Assembly: GCF_024521635.1 (NCBI RefSeq)
Contig: NW_026250406.1
Coordinates: 1,426,001 to 1,490,000, forward strand
DNA: 64,000 bases
Source of the DNA: Tricharina praecox
Taxonomy: Eukaryota
Direction: 5' to 3'
Both the position numbers and the translations under genes were made by a program. Below are positions 25,293 through 36,200 of this stretch, piece by piece; positions within the stretch are counted from its first letter, which is position 1, and each line of letters opens with the position of its first letter. The notes beneath the pieces were generated by a model. It worked only from the letters and a program-made list of their open reading frames with translations. It did no database searches and had not been told where the DNA came from.

Positions 25293-26446
25293 ACGGTGAA
25301 ATGCCGTTCAGGGCTGTCAACCGTCCGTCCGGGCTATAGGCCACTAGTGGACTGCAGTCCCTTCCCGTCCCGGGCAGGCTTTCCATACGACTGATCCATT
25401 CCGTTCGAAGGATGAAATGGCTGCATACCCGCCAGGTACCTGTAAGTACCTGATAGCACTAGCGTGCTATGCTGACTACTAGTCAGGGGAGTAGTACATT
25501 GCGCGCTGGCTACAAACAGGATATTCAGCCTTGAGTAGCATTTTTAGCGTCGTCAAACAATCGAACTCAGGGGATGGGCACTGCTGGACGTAGGAACGGG
25601 ACGGTGTGAAAGTTTTATATCGTGAGAAACACTGCGAAATGGAGTCGCACAGCCACACATCCGCACACCTGCGCCACTGCATGGCGCCACGCTGCTTGTA
25701 CTGTCCTAGTGGCGCAGTGAATTCCGGGCCTTGTCGCGTATCCGTCCTCATTTCACAAGCACCACTTCGCGCTCGTAAAGTGTTTTATGCATGCACTCAT
25801 CATGAGGCGAATCGCGTGCTCAACCAATTGCAGACGCTGACGCAGGTGAGCAGTGACATCAGAATCCTTCTCAAAACAAATTGTTAAATGCCGAAGAGGA
25901 AGCTGTCGTCGCGGGAGTTGCCGCCGATCTCCGCTGGGTCTGGTAACCTGGGAGAATGCGAGGATGTTGCCATAGGTGTGTGGTCGAGACTGCGAAACAT
26001 GCTTTGTACGAGGGCATTACCGTCGCTCTGTGTAAGGGTCATCAAGTTGAGCATCCGCCACCGAGTGAATGATATCATTCGAAGTCAAGCCCGCGGCCTG
26101 CAGAAAAGCCTCATGCAGCCCACCGAAGCCTGTCTCCTCCTCTTCATCATGGCGTCTGAGTGTGGCGGCGATCTTGATCGCCCTGCCGACCGAATCGACA
26201 CATCGCTACTGGGAGAAATCTTGACCACTTTACCTCATTCCGTACACCAGGAAACTAATATCTCTGGGAACGTGGTGCGCTGCCTGTATTATACATGCGA
26301 CGTTAGGCACGTCAAGTGCGTTAGCAGTGTATGAACGGATTCACCCATCATAGGCACTTCGCGGCCAGGACGTGGGGCCCATCAGTAAAAAAAACAATTA
26401 GCCGGATTGAACGGTCGACTGCTTGTTAGTGCATTGCTGCGGAGTT

Positions 26447-27020
26447 TGCGGTGGGTGCATCTGAAACGGTGGCGGGGCCTTTCACCTTACCATGAATGAT
26501 TTTCAGTTTGCACGACGTGAGGGTCGCATACGAACATCTTGTAAGTTCGTTTATATTAGGGGGCTCATCTACATAGCAGCAGGATCTACCCTGTCCATAC
26601 ATGATACATCCCGTCCGCTCCCTCCCTCTTCCGGGCTCCTGCAGCTCCTCCGTGCTGTCACCTCTTCCGCCCGTCGACTCGTCCGTACTCCCACAACTCG
26701 TTTGTGCCGTCACCCTTTACGTGCCACCCACTTTTCCATGCCGTCCCCTCTTCCGGCCCGTCTACTATTTCGCTCCCACAACTCTTCCTTACTCTCTCAA
26801 CTCTTTCGCCCCCTCAAATCTTCCATTTCCACAATTTGTTGGCACCGCCAACCCGTCGGTAGCATCATCCTTTCCGCAGTCCCTAAATTCTTCCGCTCCC
26901 GCAGGTCTCCTGTGCCCTCGGCTAAACCATCACCACAACCTTTCCGAGCCGTCAACTCGACCATTTCGTGTCGTCGTCGACGGCGTGATCTTGGATGCCA
27001 CCAGCTCTTCCGCTTTTGCG
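26447..27020 (+). repeat. Dispersed TGCGGTGGGTGCAT-start repeat family, copy 2
   Basis: Start homologous to 15022 and 62744; followed by the same CTCTTCCG-rich short repeats. Confidence 0.6.
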
Positions 27021-27278
27021 CGATCTTCTGAGAAACAGTTTTCTCTCGCTTCCCGTCAGGCAGCTAATAGCAAGTCTTCCTACTACGGCTCACAGTGTTG
27101 TGCCCGCCCTGCTGTAAGTACCGCTGATACTGTCTTTTCACTAGATACTGCTATTCGCAAACCGCCTTATTCTTCTACATTTATTTACTCGCCATGTCGA
27201 ATACGGTTCACCCGAATCGCTCCTTGCCCTGCATGAACAAAACAAGATTCGCTCAAGAAGCGGATGACTGGGGTCTAG

Positions 27279-27372
27279 CTCGTCCAGGTCGTCCAGGTCG
27301 TCCAGGTCGTCCAGGTCGTCCAGCGCGTCCAGCGCGTCCCGATCGTCCTGATCGACCTCATCGTCCGGCCGC
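27279..27372. repeat. 9-bp tandem repeat (CGTCCAGGT)n
   Basis: Four perfect units plus several variants; reads DALDALDDLDDLDDLDDLDELD on minus and RPGRPG on plus. Confidence 0.9.
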
Positions 27373-27440
27373 GGATACACATCACTCCTCATGCTCCCGC
27401 AACCGCTCCTCCTCGTCCTGCCCGTCCTACTCCTACATCT

Positions 27441-27748
27441 GTACTGGATTCGCTGCCATGGCTTGTGTCCTGGAACCGCTGTCATGGCCACTCCACTGGA
27501 TTCGCTATTAAGAACTGTGTTCTGTGATGATAGATGCCCTGCTAGGGCCTCAGTACTAGATTAGCTGCCATGCCCTCACTCTCGACTCGAGTCGCTGCCA
27601 TGGTCACTCTATTAGATTCGCTGTCGCTGCCTCTCTACTGGATTCGCCACCAGGACCTCAGTACTGGATTACTGGATTTGCTGCCAGGAACGCGCCACTG
27701 GATTCGCCTAAGACATTCCCTCTCGCTGCCGTGGACTTGATTCGCCTA
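27441..27748. repeat. Degenerate ~27-bp minisatellite with ACTGGATTCGC core
   Basis: About 10 cores near 27443, 27495, 27555, 27584, 27611, 27637, 27663, 27671, 27697 and 27735. Confidence 0.8.
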
Positions 27749-29105
27749 AAAATTGAGTAGTAGGCAGAAGGTGATTCCACCCGTGGCGAAGTGTGTTGTT
27801 CTTCGGATTTATCCGCACCCGCCACATCACACACCATCAGCTAACGAAAGGTCTTTCCACGAAACACCAGCACTCTGACCTGATATTTCTGGACTCTGCA
27901 GTCGGAGGCAAATGATGATATATAATGCCAGTCACAACGTCACCTTGATTGCTTTCTATCCCTTCCAACATCAGTCCTCCCCACATTCGCTACTCCACAA
28001 ATCCACACACCGCACTTCCAATACCCACGGATCAATCGTGCCGGCTAACTGACTTCCAAACCGTAAGCAGCGCAGACGGTGGAGATGGCCTCCCAAGAGA
28101 CCGATATGACCTCCATCTCGCCCTCGTTCACCACCTACACGTCACGTTCGTTCTCCACCTACATGTCGCCCCCGTTCATCACCTCCGTTTCCCCTTCATT
28201 CCGTATCTGCACTTCGCGCCATTTCCTCACCCCCACTCTGCCCGCGTTTCCCCACGGGCTATGTTGGCCGTCACAGCGACCGAGAGACACTATTCGCCTA
28301 GTAACGACAAAGATCGCAAGAAGATCCTCAGAGGAACGAACGCTATTGATACTGCTCCTTACTCTTATAGATCCGCTACGAATACCTTGTTCCTGCACTG
28401 CTACTCGTCCTGCCGGAAATAGCAACTGATTCACGGGAGAGTGCAACGTCCAGGCCACGCAGGCCAGGTCCGTTACTTCACGTCGTACCACGACACGATG
28501 CTGGCGTCTCCACCGTGCTGACTTGCACAGGGTACGACGGTTCTTCGCTGCCCTTCCAGCACTAACCCTGGAGTGAGTGCTTTCTCTTTCTGATCAGCTC
28601 CTGAAAGACCGGCTTCAATCGGTCTACCGACATTTTGTCGATGTAGACGTTCCTCGCCACCTAAAGAAGTGGCTGGGGAGCAACGAACGAAGCGACAGGA
28701 TACAATTTAACGATGCCGGTCGACCGAGGTCCGCGGCGACGTATTCGATATTCAGCGACCGGGGCCGCCGCGTGAATATCCTTTTCCTTGGTCTCGATGA
28801 AGCTGAAGTAGACGGCGTATGCATCGCCTTCGGTGCGCCTCCAGCATCAACCCAGGAACGAGTGTCTTCTCTACCTTCTCCGCTCCTGGGAGACCAGCTT
28901 CGGCCGGTCTACCGACAATCCTTGTCAATGTAAACGTTACGCGCGACCCAGCAAGAAACTTGGGAGGCACGATGGAGGCGACTCCAATGGATGGCAGATC
29001 GACAAGGGACCGGGTACTGGATGATGTATCCTCTCTTCAACAGCGGAACCGAAAGAACATTCAGCGAGCGGGGCCGGAGCGCAGATGTATCCTTCGAATT
29101 AAGCG

Positions 29106-29226
29106 CAGAAGTGGAGAAGTGGAGGAGTGAGGAAGTGGGGCTGTGGGATAGTGGGTAAGTAGGATTATGGGGTGGTAGGCAAGTGGGATTGTGGGGTGGT
29201 GGGGTGATGGGTTGTTGGGGGATGTG
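29106..29226 (+). repeat. G-rich octamer minisatellite, unit 5
   Basis: gaagtggagaagtggaggagtgaggaagtgggg...gggattgtgggg, then the conserved GGGGATGTGACGGGGAAATG. Confidence 0.75.
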
Positions 29227-30559
29227 ACGGGGAAATGCGGTTTCCTTAGACGCGGAGGAGAAACCGTTTCCAGCGAGTGGCAGCAGCCAGAGCAAGAGCT
29301 GCCACAAGCAGCACTTCGCGGTCGTAAAATCTTCCATGTGCGGGGGGTCATCACCCGGGCGCATCGCCCTCCCAAAACATCGAGACACCGACGCTTGCGA
29401 TCACAGTGATATCGGAATCCTAGTCTGAAAGTTCAGGTCGACGATGCCTAAGGTGCAGCTGTTATCGCGGGAGTTGCGATCGATCTCTATTTCTTTGGGT
29501 AACCAGGGAGAATGGGAGGACGATAGTATGCGCGTGTCAACCTGGCTGCGGAACCTGCTCTGTGCGAGGGTCATTAAGTCGAGTATCCGCCACAAACACC
29601 TATTGCGTGATTTTATACAGTGAGATGCCCACTGGCAAGCATGATGCAGCTCACCACTATTCTCTCCTCTTCTCCATCAGGCCGTCCGAGCCTGGCCGCG
29701 ATCTCGATTCCTGTTGAATATAAGAGGTGGCTGATCATGACAATAGTATTCGAGATAGCAGCAACATCGTGGGTAGCGAGCTCTCTCTATATACAAGCTT
29801 CGTTGGCCAGACAACCTCTGCATCAATCCCTTCCTGAGGCTGGTCTACCGGGCGCAGACAGAACACCCGAGTGCACTAGAAACATCTTCATCCCCGGACG
29901 TCGCATATTCTGACAATTTCCGACCGCCTGGCCAACCGAGTCGACACATCGCAACGCATAGTGCAAGAACGCAGTCACGCGGAAATAGTGTTTTCTTTTT
30001 CCTTTAACCATATTCAATCGATCTTTCTTCCTCCACCACGCCCTCATAAACCGTGATCCGTGGGGGAAACATACCCCGCCAAGGACCCTTTCGCCACGAA
30101 AGGCACTCACGAGACATGTGTTGCCCGATGCGCGGGCGGGAATAGTTACCCACGACTATAGAAACGATATGGGCCCGAATACTGATACGAGCAAGCAGGC
30201 CAGGTCATCGACACAAGTCGCTCAACGATGGGTTACCGACCCGCAGTAATTCTTCGTCCTATGTTTTATCAGCGGATTCGGGGTTGGGCTGAGGGGAGGG
30301 GAGGGGTGTGTTTTGGGAGTTGTAATTTCGTGGAGGTGTTGATACAAGTAGACGTCCTTAGGTAACAGGAAAGTAATCGATGCGAAAAAAAAATGGGATA
30401 GCAAAAGAACAGCATTGGGACTTGATAGTAGCTCGATAGTAGATTCACTAAACCACTCGCACTCGTACCGGCATAATGGAATGAAGTAATGCGAAAGACA
30501 ACTGACATTTAGCACTTTGATACCCAGCAACATTTGGCATCTATCAAGACGCTGATGTC

Positions 30560-32360
30560 CCGAAACCGTTCTAGTCTCACATCAAAACAGAGGGAAAATT
30601 GCGACTTTTCCAACCATAACAACAACTACTGCACCAAATCAACCACTTTTCTACTAAAACAACGCCTACTCGACTAAAACCACAATTACTCCACCAATCA
30701 GACAGGTCTACGGTCGTTCCTTCGGCAAAGAGTGTCGTCGGGATCCTAATCGTCTGGATATGGACCAAAACGTCAATACCCGGACGTAGCTCAACCGTCA
30801 GGTATGCATGCTCAAAGTCCTTGTGCTGGTACGACTCCCTGAACTGCCATATGCGTCTTCCTGAATCGACAATCGGATGAAGGAGTGTCTCGGCGATGGC
30901 CAAGATTATAGACAGGATGACTGCCCAATCCCCGATCGCCGGAGAGGAATGAACATTCCTCTCCGGGGCGCGGCGTATGAACACCGCAATTGCGATTCAC
31001 ACTCACTACTACCGCGAATATGCACATCAGCAACTACCCTTCACGATCAAATCCAATCGGCATGATGTAAAACACAGGAGACATACGTGTGAACAGTTCG
31101 CATTCTCCAACCCGACCACCAGGGTCCAGAGTCACAAACTCGGATTTCGCCCAGACCACCAGATCACCAGGGCCTCCGGTCATGATGCCAGCTCCAGCAC
31201 CGACCACCACGGTCGGGTGTCGCGATGTCAGCTCCGGCCACAACCACCAGGTTTGAGATTGTAGATCTCTCAGCGCGCCCCACGAACGATCGTCAGTCGC
31301 GAGCGAATGACGAAAGCAAGAGGTTTCTCGTTGATTTCGTGAGTGTACGATGTACGCCATCGTAGCGGTATCCGGTCTCCAACCCCAAGGGGTTCTTGTC
31401 GCCGCGAGTTACGCGGACAGGATTTCCCCGTCATTAACCAACCTTTGAGTGGCGGCAGGATTTTAGTCGTGATGCGTGAAGGGGAGAGGGTGACTAACGA
31501 CTGGAAACCCCGGCAAAATACGTCTGTCGGACGTCCGATCCCAAAAGCGGGAGGTTTCTCCCTGGAATGATGGGAGCACCCCTTGCCTCCTGAGGGGGAA
31601 CATATCTTCTCCCTTGAAGGTGGGCATTTGCCCAACCTTCGCGGGGCGATGGGGTGTCTAGGGGGGGGAAGACCTGCTTCCAACCTATAAGTGAAGAATG
31701 ATAGTATGAATGAGAATAGTATAGGAACAGGTTGACGAACACCTTTCAGCGACTGCATTACCACTTCGCCCTGAGGGAGAACATAAGTTCTCCCCTAAAG
31801 GTGAGTATTTGCCCAGCCTTGGCCAGGGTGAATCTACTAGTCGTGAATCTTCTTCCGACCTGTGAGTGGAGAATGTCAGGATGGATGGCACTAATAAACG
31901 AAGAGGGTGACAAACCGCAGATCAGCTGGCGCAAGCACAGTCGGCATGCTCTATGAAGATGCAGGTTGAAGAAAGGAAAAACGTATTCGTATGAAGATCT
32001 CAGAATCTTGTAATGTTGTCACGTGAAGAGGTTGAAAGATGAAAGTAAAAAAGAAGGCAAAGGGGGAAGGGAGGCAGGTATTGATAAGAATCGGGGGCAG
32101 CGGATTTGGCCGAAATTACCGCTAGTGGGCGCACACAATTGTGAGTTCCCACTAGCGGCGGCGCAAATTCTTCTCATGGAATTGTTTGTGTGGTCATGGT
32201 GCAAACATTAAACACATCAAATTTCAAAGTGGTGTGGAGATCGAGATCGAGTGAGAGAGTGTGTGAGGAGTCCAAGCGAAACAAACATGCACAATCTAAT
32301 GCTTGCAGTAAACCTCGTCACCCCGCAAGCGCGACTCGGTAGAAAGGCGATGTAGATAGA
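30560..32360 (-). pseudogene. Intron-containing gene remnant with a tandemly repeated exon, copy 1 of a ~1.8-kb direct duplication
   Basis: Collinear with 33135-34958; minus-strand introns and repeated exons reading EGWANAHLQGRRY and QGWANTHL*GRTY; also HAYLTVELRPGIDVLV (copy 2: HAYLKVELLPGIDVFV). Confidence 0.6.
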
Positions 32361-32996
32361 GAACCCCATCTACTGGCTGGAGCATATAGCAAGCTGGACA
32401 TACCAGGTAGCGCCGTTCTACGGTTGTACCAACCGGCGATCCATCATCCTCCCTGCGCCGATTCCCCCGCCGAACCTGTGGAACCTGCCGAATATCCACT
32501 CCAGTGTATTCTAGTCACGCGCACCGCTTTTCAACCCCTCCTCCTTGACCAGACCCATCGTCATCGACGAGAGCATACGAAAGCTGTTCTACCAGGATCA
32601 AGCAGGCCAATATCGACGAAAGAGGGCTAGCTGACTGATGGCGAGAGATGGAACTAAGAGTGCAGGTGGTTTAGGATTTCGTCCTGATATGTGGAGCACC
32701 ATGATGAGGCCCTGGCGAGGTAGAGGTTGCCGCGGGTGTATGTATCGGCATCGGTTGCGGTGGATCAATCCGGCAAAGGAAGACGTCCTCGTTATGGTAT
32801 CTCAAGGACTGCAGGGCTCCGAAGGCTAGATCCTGCCGATGTTGGTGCCAGCCGCTGCTCTGGAGCGCTTTATGCAAGAACGGAGACTACTAGGGATGCC
32901 TAGCGACGATCAAGGATACTCTCCCTATTGAGACCGACAAGAAGAACATTCCGCTGTGAATTATTGAAATCTCTGACTTTTATTGTACACTCGATA

Positions 32997-33131
32997 CTGT
33001 ATAGTGAAAGGGGGGGTAAAAAATACGCTTTGTGGCCGTACTGATAACGTATCTTGACCGTATTAATACGCTATTTTCCGTATCGGTACGGCCACAGAGC
33101 GTATTCTTTACCCCCCCCTTTCACTATACAG
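32997..33131. mobile_element. Tc1/mariner-type MITE (135 bp, TA TSD)
   Basis: TA|CTGTATAGTGAAAGGGGGGGTAAA...TTTACCCCCCCCTTTCACTATACAG|TA; ~50-bp near-perfect inverted arms around a short spacer. Confidence 0.88.
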
Positions 33132-33134
33132 TAT

Positions 33135-34958
33135 CTATTAAGACTCCCACTTTCCGAAACCGTTCCACTCTCACATCGAAACAGCGGCAAAAATACGATT
33201 TTTCCAGCCAAAACAACAACTAGATATTTTGACCAAAACAACAACCAATCCACCAAAACCGATCGGAACGCTGCAAAACTCGGACAGGTCCGTGATCGTT
33301 CCTTCTGCAACGAGTGTCGTCGGGTTTCTGATCATCCAGATATTGACGAAGACGTCAATACCGGGAAGAAGCTCAACCTTCAGGTATGCGTGCTCGAAGG
33401 CCCTGTGGTGGTAAAGTTCTGTGAATTGAGCTATGCGCCTCCCTGAATTGACCACCGGATCAAGGACTGTCTTGGCGATGAGGAGACAGTCCTTGATCAA
33501 GCAGCAACGACCTTGGAAAAGCCATCGTAACAGTATCCGGTATCCGGTCCCAATGGGATCTTGTAGCCGTGAATTCCGCCGACATGATCAACTGTTTGGA
33601 TGGACGGTTGACAGCCCTGCATTTGCCCAGCCTTCGCAGGGGGGTGTCTTGGGGGGAAGCGCTGCTTCCAAACAATGAGTGGAGAATGTTAGTATGTATA
33701 CGAATAGTATGGGAGGGGCTTGACGAACTCCCTGTAGATGGAACTCGACGAGCGGCGTGGGGCTTCGGCGACACGCGCGGCCGACGCCACGGTGGGTCCA
33801 TGAAGCTTGTGGTCCTACGTTCTCGTTTCTTTGTAACCACCTTGGAAAATAGTCGTTGCAGCTCTTCGATGCGCTCCGATGCACACTAGTCCGAGTTCCA
33901 CGAAACCTTGCGTTCTGCGAAAATGGAGGTAGTGTACATCGTTGTGGGAATTTACGTCGCATCTTCCGGCAGGACGCAGGAGGATATCCCAGATGTGCGC
34001 AAACCAACCGCAGGTGAGCGCACGATTTGAGTATCCTCTTTCCAATGAGCTGACGACCCCACCGACCGTCGCAATATTCGTCTGCCAGGGGAACCCTATT
34101 GGCAGTGAACATGGCGAAAACGTCGGTGGAGACGTGGAAATTGTGCCAGTGCATTCCCTGCGGCTCGTGCTCGCTTGCACCGAGGACTGCCGAGAGAAAT
34201 AGTCCTGCCCCCACTGAGGGAAAATAAAAGTTCTCCTTTGAAGGTGGGCTTTTGCCCAGCCTTCGTGGGGGATAGTTTCCAGGGGGGAAGACCTGCTTCT
34301 GACCTATGAGTGGAGCATGTGAGTATGGTTTAGTATAGTAGGAGGAGAGGTTGACGAACCCCCTGGAGCGACAGGAGCACTGCTCCCCCTGAGGACATAA
34401 GTTCTCCCTCGAATGTGGCTTTTGCCAAGCCTTCCCGTGGGTTGTCTGCTGGGCGTAAATCTCCTGCGGAGCTATGAGTGGAGAATGTCAGTATCGATGG
34501 CAGTAGTAATAAGAGAAGAAAGTGACAAACCGGAGATTAGCTCGTGCAAGCACGGTCGGTATGCTCTATGAAGATCGAGGTTGAGGAAAGAAAAACGTAG
34601 TAGTAGGAAGATCTCGAAATGTTGTAATGTTGTTAGGTGAAGAGGATGAAAGATGAAAGAACAAAGTAAAAAAGAAGGAAGTGGGGGAAGGGAGGGAGGT
34701 ATTTATAACAATCGGGGGCAGCAGATTTGGCGGAAATTGCCGGCTAGCGGACACACAGTTGTGAGTTCCCGCTAGCGGAGGCACAAACTCTTCTCATAGA
34801 CCTGTTTGTGATCGCGGGGCAAATGTCAAGCTTCAAAGAGGTTTGGAGAGCAAGTTCAAGTGTGAGAGAGAGAGTGGCAAATAAACTAGAACACGCGAAT
34901 GGTTGCAGCATACCTCGTCACCCTGCAAGCGCGGCTCGGTATATAGGCGGTGTAAATA
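33135..34958 (-). pseudogene. Copy 2 of the ~1.8-kb duplicated gene remnant
   Basis: Homologous to 30560-32360; the repeated exon unit occurs three times (near 33620, 34210 and 34385). Confidence 0.6.
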
Positions 34959-36200
34959 CAGTACAGACGGCTTCCGCCCACATGCTCGGTGGTAGACGAC
35001 CTTCGCAATCCAGCAGCATAGGTCGAGCTTTCGCATTGTGCGTCTGGATCATCCTTTCGGATGCACCGATTTTGTGCTGCGCAAAAGGTGGAGATGGCTC
35101 GAAGGTAATTCCGTGTTCTACGAGGATCGACCGAAACGAATGGTTATTGTATTCACCTTTACCATTGTCGCACCGGAACCGAGTAATCCGATTTTGCTGC
35201 AGTCTCGACTCGAACATGATCTTGAATTCTCGGAAGACTTGGCATATTTCTATATCCACGTAATTCGACTAAAGTCATCATTATAGAGAATATTGTACTT
35301 GCATCCGGATAGAGATTGGGGTTTTATCGGCCCACAGAGATCTGAGTGTATGAGTTCGAGGGGCCTTCCTGCTCTTCTGACCGGAGCATTCCTTTGAAAT
35401 TTCACCTTGGCCTTGGCCTGGACGCAGATTTGACATGTTGGAGTCTCAGAAGAATCAGAGGTGTCGATGTAGAGATCCTTCGGCAGAAGTTGACGGGGAT
35501 CTCCGAAGTTTAGATGCGCAAGACGGCGGTGCCAGGTATGAAGATCTTTGCGGTGCGAGGTTGAAGCTGCAGCAATTGCCGAGTGCGCACGCACGTGACT
35601 GATAGTGATTGGTTTGCCGAGGAGGACGCAGGTCCTACAGCCGAGATGTCGTTTGCCTAGAGGTTGTTCGGCAACAGTGTTAGATGATATGAATGATGTC
35701 GCTATTCGAGATCTGAAGGTGACATCGAAGCCAGCTTCAGTCAGTTGTGGGACCGAAGGAAGAAAGTTTCCAAAGTTAGGAACGTATAAAGCTTCCACCA
35801 TCAATGTCAGCCCACAGTCAAGCTGGAATTCGATTGTCTCTATTGCTGTGGCAAGACTTAGTGAGTCTGCCGATTCGACTTCCAGAGGTTTTTTGAGAGC
35901 TCAAACTTCTCGGAAGGGCAAAAGTTCAGCGGAGATGTGATGCGAGGGGCCGGAGTCGATTCTCCTGCTACATGTGGAGGTAGTTTTGCCGATTCTTATA
36001 TTATCGGAGAGACCGTTTACAACGGTAATGTTGGCATGATGTCCGGAAGTGGACTGGTGGCCTCGCTTTTCGTCTCATTCTTTTCTGATCGCAGCCGCCT
36101 TTCTCGTAACGTGGCATTCACTCGCCTTGTGGCTTTTCTTGGTGCAGTAGTAGCAGGTCATAGTAGCCTTTTCAGAGTCTTCAGGCTTACAAGTCCGTGT
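34958..36200 (-). mobile_element. Ty1/Copia remnant: gag zinc knuckle, protease, GAG-pre-integrase and integrase core
   Basis: CYYCTKKSHKASEC knuckle; RIDSGPSHH protease motif; WHRRLAHLN...CQICVQAK; LELIHSDLCGP; RFRCDNGKGEY; GASERMIQT; MWAEAV. Contains frameshifts and stops; no RT or LTRs attached. Confidence 0.93.

Larger units (their letters stand above)
15730..29960. repeat. Degenerate direct array of about 5 gene-like units with roughly 3-kb period
   Basis: The same ordered modules recur near 16, 19.5, 22, 25 and 28.5 kb (some units incomplete): CCCAGGAACG...CTACCGA, then CGCCACCT(G/A)AAGAGGTGGCT...GGGACCGGGGTCCGCGACGACG, then a G-rich octamer tract, then GGGATGTGACGG(T/G)GAAATG, then GCACTTCGCG(C/G)TCGTAAA, then ATGCC(A/G/T)AAG...GCTGT(C/T)(A/G)TCGC. 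Confidence 0.85.

Noticed and set aside
22900..25620. Additional complete hAT elements (CCGTCC-rich stretches near 22990-23140, 24455-24587 and 25309-25375)
   Set aside because: Only single ends or subterminal-like repeats were seen; no paired TIRs with a TSD.
27441..27748. CRISPR-like repeat-spacer array
   Set aside because: The core is only ~11 bp and degenerate, the linkers are ~16 bp and partly similar to each other, the context is eukaryotic and there are no cas genes.
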